From positions 67,811 through 131,810 of IMG/VR virus record IMGVR_UViG_3300048930_000192: a stretch of DNA of 64,000 bases; one strand, written 5' to 3'. This DNA comes from a virus. The notes below the pieces were generated by a model, which was not told where the DNA came from, did no database searches, and worked only from the letters and a program-made list of their open reading frames with translations. Numbering within the stretch: the stretch's first letter is position 1; each line of letters begins with the position of its first letter. A program made the position numbers and the translations under genes. Positions 59,982 to 64,000 of this stretch are shown one piece after another.

Positions 59982-60553
59982 TGAGTGTCGGATATGGTTA
60001 ACATCCGACACTCATTAGATGCTATTTCGGGCACTCCAACATAATCAAATATTGTAATAGACCATTCCAGAATGTAAATGAAATGGATGCACATCTAATA
60101 GACCAGATCAACAAATTGGTAAAGCCAGAAGATACACTATATCACCTTGGCGATTTTTGCTTCTGGAACAAACAAATAGATCCAAAAATTTACCGAGAAA
60201 GGATTAAGTGCAAAAACATACATTTAATCCTCGGTAATCATGATTATAAGAATAAATCCTACTACTTAAATAGCGGCTTATTCAAAAGTGTTGGTGATAT
60301 GGGCAGAATTGCATATGGCGACGGATCAGAAGTGGTGTTATGCCATTATGCAATGAGGGTATGGAATAAATCTCACCACGGTGTTGCCCATGCATATGGG
60401 CATTCTCATGGCACATTGAAAGATGACCCATGTTCTAGAAGTATGGATGTTGGCGTAGATAATATTCCTGGATATAAGCCAATTTCATATGTTGAGTTTT
60501 GGGAAATAATGAAAAGTAAAGAGTTCACGCCGATCGATCATCATGGAGCGTAA
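59944..60553 (+). CDS. Calcineurin-like metallophosphoesterase with interrupted N-terminus
   Basis: IWLTSDTH then FGHSNIIKYCNRPF in the +1 frame; HLGDF, GNHD, CHY, YGHSHG, DVGVD. Confidence 0.85.
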
Positions 60554-61082
60554 TATAATGCCAGTATCAAAATCAGATGAAGTAATACCGATTGCAGAAG
60601 TTATTGAGAATTTTATAAATTCTTTGCATCAAAGCGGTGCATCTACAGATCAAATTCTAGAAGGTGTAATTCGGGCATTTAATAGTCGTGACGGCATTTT
60701 AGTTACGTCCAATCTAGACGATAATGCTAATATGCAAGAATTGGCGTATAAAGTCGAAAGTGATTTGGTGAAAACTCACCAAGATTTGGTAAATTATTCG
60801 CGTCAAGAAATTTCTGGATAAAGGAGATATCGTAAATGGTTGATATCTATGAAGGGTTAGATCCTGGTGCAACCGTGGCACAATCGGTCAGCCATTGTTC
60901 TAATCTGCAATGGCGCCAGCACAATGGTGAAACCAAAAAGTTGGCCAATTTAACTACTACACACCTAAACAACATTTTGGCGTATAGGGCTAGGCACAAG
61001 TCTCGAAATCTGCCGGGTGGTGAACGGCGTAATGTAATGGCTATGGCAATCTGCATTGAAATTTATAGGCGAAATGGAGTTT

Positions 61083-61658
61083 TTAATGAATATCGATAAT
61101 AGTATTGGCCCAGACGAACGAATTGCTAAAGTGTTTGAGCCTGGTCTACATTTGATTGGTAAAAGTGTTAGGAGATGCATTATCTCTGGATTTATTGGCG
61201 TATGTTTGGGGATTTTTGGATTTGCGTATGGCTCATTGGCATTTGTAGATGGTAGCAATATTGCAATTGTTATAATGACAGTTGCGGCAATGTTAGCTGT
61301 TGCTAATGCTAATATTATATCCAAGAATCTTTATGCCCGAAAGGCGTTTAATAAAGATTTTGCGTCTATGGCTTTGCCTGAAAAGATGCAATATATCGGT
61401 GAATACATTCCGTATGCGCATAAAATTCGGCATGCTGAATTGGTAGAAAGTATAATTTGTTTTGGTTTCTTTGCTACAATGCTTGCATTTTTTGCCAATG
61501 CAGCAATATATGATCTATCTACCAATAATATACTTTCGGTAATTCTCTGCATTGCTACCGTCTGTTTTAATGCCTTAACCATAAAGTTTAATAAAATGTC
61601 GTTGGATCTTTCTGATATGGTTTGCCGTCATTGGAATGAGTATTTGAAATATAAATAA
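61083..61658 (+). CDS. Multi-TM membrane protein
   Basis: Four hydrophobic segments; start approximate. Confidence 0.6.
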   Translation, partial: LMNIDNSIGPDERIAKVFEPGLHLIGKSVRRCIISGFIGVCLGIFGFAYGSLAFVDGSNIAIVIMTVAAMLAVANANIISKNLYARKAFNKDFASMALPEKMQYIGEYIPYAHKIRHAELVESIICFGFFATMLAFFANAAIYDLSTNNILSVILCIATVCFNALTIKFNKMSLDLSDMVCRHWNEYLKYK

Positions 61659-61721
61659 TCAGTCGATGACTTGACTTCGATTTACCATACGTCTACAATT
61701 TACTGTCAACAAATTCACTTT

Positions 61722-61793
61722 GGCCCTGTCGTCTAGAGGCTAGGACGCTGAGACTTTCAATCTTGGAACATGGGTTCGAGTCCCATTGGGTCA
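61722..61793 (+). tRNA. tRNA-Glu (UUC)
   Basis: TCGTCTAGAGGCTAGGAC D arm; TGAGA-CTTTCAA-TCTTG; imperfect acceptor stem. Confidence 0.8.
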
Positions 61794-61850
61794 CTTTGGT
61801 CGCATCAATGAAACCCGCAGTAATTCATTGTGTAAGACGGCCATTTCAAT

Positions 61851-61922
61851 TGCCGTGTGGCGTAATCGGTAACGCGCGGGGCTTTGGTCCCTGAGTCCAC
61901 GGATCGTAACCGTGCATGGCTG
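61851..61922 (+). tRNA. tRNA-Gln (UUG), atypical T loop
   Basis: CGGGG-CTTTGGT-CCCTG; CACGG-ATCGTAA-CCGTG. Confidence 0.8.
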
Positions 61923-61928
61923 TTTGTA

Positions 61929-62017
61929 GGATAGGCGACGCACATCGGTGAGGCGTAAAGGATTGCTAATCCTTCGTATCTGAAAAGGTACTGCTGGTTC
62001 GACTCCAGTTCTATCCG
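61929..62017 (+). tRNA. tRNA-Ser (GCU)
   Basis: AAGGA-TTGCTAA-TCCTT; long variable arm; G73. Confidence 0.88.
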
Positions 62018-62027
62018 CTTTCTTTTT

Positions 62028-62093
62028 GGGCTAAGAAGATCGGCACTTGTCACGACACAATGCAAGTTGGTGGTTCGAATCCATCCAAGCCCA
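62028..62093 (+). pseudogene. Degenerate tRNA
   Basis: GGGCT/AGCCC ends and TGG-TTCGAAT-CCA T arm; D and anticodon arms broken. Confidence 0.55.
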
Positions 62094-62761
62094 CTTTTTA
62101 ATTATCTTGTGCATCACTTGACTTTGATATGCCGTTTATCTACAATATGTTAGATTGTAGATCGAGAACAGCTATATTGGTGTAAATAGTTTTGGAGATA
62201 TTATGCAATACGTGAGCCGCACCGTCGACCATGGTGGCAATTCATTTGAAATGTTTTATGATGTTATTGGCAATAAGTTGATTCTAAAGGACGTTATTCC
62301 TCAAGAACGTGGTACAAGTCTTCCAGACGACATCGCCAACCAGTTTCATCAAGAAACCGTTGAATCTATGTCAACTTATGGCAAGATCGACCCGTCAAAT
62401 GCCGAAGATATGATTTATGTTAGTGCCTTGGCTGATAAGGGAATTGTCATCATTGATGATCCCGACGACGAAGAAATCGAAGATTAAAGGAGATAATTTC
62501 ATGGCTCGATTTTATGATCCTGATAATGTTGTTGATCCAGTGGATCTAAACGATCTCGATGGATATGACTTCCTTGATAATATCGCAGAAGAATTTGACC
62601 GAGAGTGTAAGAAAGTTCCAGACGTTGATGTTGTGGACGAGGAAGATGCCGATCACGAGGAATCGGATCAAGAATAATTGATATCAGTCTTGACTTTTGA
62701 TTGCCGACTCGATAGAATTGATACGCAAATTTCTCTATCACAGTAAAAGGATTTAGATAAA

Positions 62762-63268
62762 ATGTCAGAAAACATGGAACTTAAAGTCGATGGCAATAAG
62801 CCAACCAAGTATTACATTCGTTGTGGTCAAATGTATAACTTGATGCCTGTTGTTACGTCTAATGGCGGCCCAAAGCAAGCAGCGATTAATGCCACTGTTG
62901 GCATCATCAAGATGCTAATGAAGGTTGTCAGGGATTCGTCGCAGGGCGACTATGACAAGTTTGTGGAAAAGATGACACCGAAGAAGAAGATCCGAGTTAG
63001 TTTGGCTGGTGTTGAGACTCCGGAAGAATTCGATGTTTCACTCAAGGAATTTGGTCTATCCAAGACTGAAATTGCCGATCTTCAATCAGACTGGAAGAAA
63101 AATCACGCAGATGACACCGTGTTTGATCTTGCAGAAATTCAAAAGTTGGCTATGGATCTTGTTAAGAAAGAAATGAAGAATCGGCAAATGCAGCAAGACG
63201 AAAATCCATTTGATAATGGTTATGACGATGGTGATTCATTTGGTAGTAATGATCGCGACTCCTTTTAA
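62762..63268 (+). CDS. Hypothetical early protein
   Basis: After promoter 62690, AAGGA RBS. Confidence 0.7.
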   Translation: MSENMELKVDGNKPTKYYIRCGQMYNLMPVVTSNGGPKQAAINATVGIIKMLMKVVRDSSQGDYDKFVEKMTPKKKIRVSLAGVETPEEFDVSLKEFGLSKTEIADLQSDWKKNHADDTVFDLAEIQKLAMDLVKKEMKNRQMQQDENPFDNGYDDGDSFGSNDRDSF

Positions 63269-63282
63269 TTATAGGAAAGCAA

Positions 63283-63909
63283 ATGTATAAGTCAGAATTG
63301 GTGTCCAAATATCGTGCAAGGATTGATGAAATCACCAGCCCATATCTGCGGCTGTTTTTCACCGATCTAATGAATAGTTATGAATCGATTGCCAATTGCA
63401 TTGTCAATGGTAAGCAATTGCCGATTGAAACGTATATCAAGTATAATGGTATGCGAAATAATTATGTTAAGTTGGGTGGTGAGTTCTCGAACATCGGCCT
63501 CATTTCTAACGCACAGATGCGATCTTTGGACGAACTGATGATACCGTTTACCAATGAGTTTGCCACTGCCTATCAAAGTAAGATTCCAGAAGATAAGCAG
63601 ACTGTTGGTGGTCCATTCGGATTGACCATTGAGTGTAAGACAGGCGATTTGGCAAATTTCTACGTTAAGTATGTTACTGGCGAAGTAACCGACGAAGGTG
63701 CTGGTAAAGTTAACAATATTGTCAATGATCTGCTCGCGGCGATTGCCGGAGACGAGGATATTACCCAACTCAACTACGGGGCAGAACGAATAAATAATCT
63801 TGTCAAAGAGTATTTCTCAAAGGTTGAGGCTAAATATTACGAGGCTATTAAGAAACTTAATGCGCCATTGAAGCCTTCTGGTGAATTGTCATCGGAAGAT
63901 TACGCATAA
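63283..63909 (+). CDS. Hypothetical protein
   Basis: 208-aa ORF, AGGA RBS. Confidence 0.7.
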   Translation: MYKSELVSKYRARIDEITSPYLRLFFTDLMNSYESIANCIVNGKQLPIETYIKYNGMRNNYVKLGGEFSNIGLISNAQMRSLDELMIPFTNEFATAYQSKIPEDKQTVGGPFGLTIECKTGDLANFYVKYVTGEVTDEGAGKVNNIVNDLLAAIAGDEDITQLNYGAERINNLVKEYFSKVEAKYYEAIKKLNAPLKPSGELSSEDYA

Positions 63910-63955
63910 ATGATTTGCCGGAGTAGCTCAGCTAGTAGAGCGATCTAGTTAGCCT

Positions 63956-64000
63956 GTTCGCGTGCGCCGAATTGGTAAGGCACCGACCTTGTAAGTCGGC
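63956..64000 (+). tRNA. tRNA-Thr (UGU), truncated by window end
   Basis: GCC-GAATTGGTAA-GGC D arm; CCGAC-CTTGTAA-GTCGG. Confidence 0.65.

Larger units (their letters stand above)
17054..62718 (+). promoter_or_regulatory. 25 sigma70-type early promoters with invariant spacer CC; -35 starts at 17054, 18032, 18983, 21759, 22441, 23718, 25000, 25678, 27260, 31248, 33051, 36062, 37924, 39470, 42192, 43083, 44198, 50326, 51675, 53532, 55278, 58172, 61671, 62118, 62690
   Basis: TTGA(C/T)N-N8-CC-N7-TANAAT (TATCAT at 17054), each read directly and each at a gene or RNA boundary. Confidence 0.92.

Noticed and set aside
60016-60018. TAG reassignment to explain the phosphoesterase break
   Set aside because: Readthrough would not restore the frame (gap is 10 nt), and other genes end normally at TAG

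Overview
64 kb of a large T4-like (Tevenvirinae-type) dsDNA phage genome. 1-13.6 kb (minus strand) is a T4-type replication block: gp61 primase, a two-piece gp43 polymerase, DUF5664-type dATP/dGTP diphosphohydrolase, dUTPase, RegA, gp62/gp44 clamp loader and gp45 clamp, plus unknown genes. A repeat-rich strand switch lies at about 13.7-13.9 kb. The rest (plus strand) is an early/accessory region with about 28 sigma70-type promoters, about 10 tRNAs plus remnants, three putative homing endonucleases, TilS, an HD hydrolase, an RNA ligase, a lysozyme and a NARP1-like PRS+NAMPT pair. The strongest unexplained signal concerns GG/CC dinucleotides. The first early transcription unit (13981-14815; promoter, gene and terminator) has no GG or CC in 835 bp of roughly 50% GC DNA. 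The 25 plus-strand promoters from 17054 onward sit in GG/CC-poor DNA but all carry a CC at the same spacer position. I infer a GG/CC-targeted DNA modification, or GG/CC-PAM defence, coupled to transcription. Other highlights: about 36 highly diverged paralogous mini-proteins (YxG..GxY..DxTG), an HNH gene with a tRNA-Leu embedded antisense, a phosphoesterase with a stop-containing 10-nt gap (candidate ribosomal bypass), and several unassigned structured RNAs. All family assignments come from motif recognition by eye, with no database searches.
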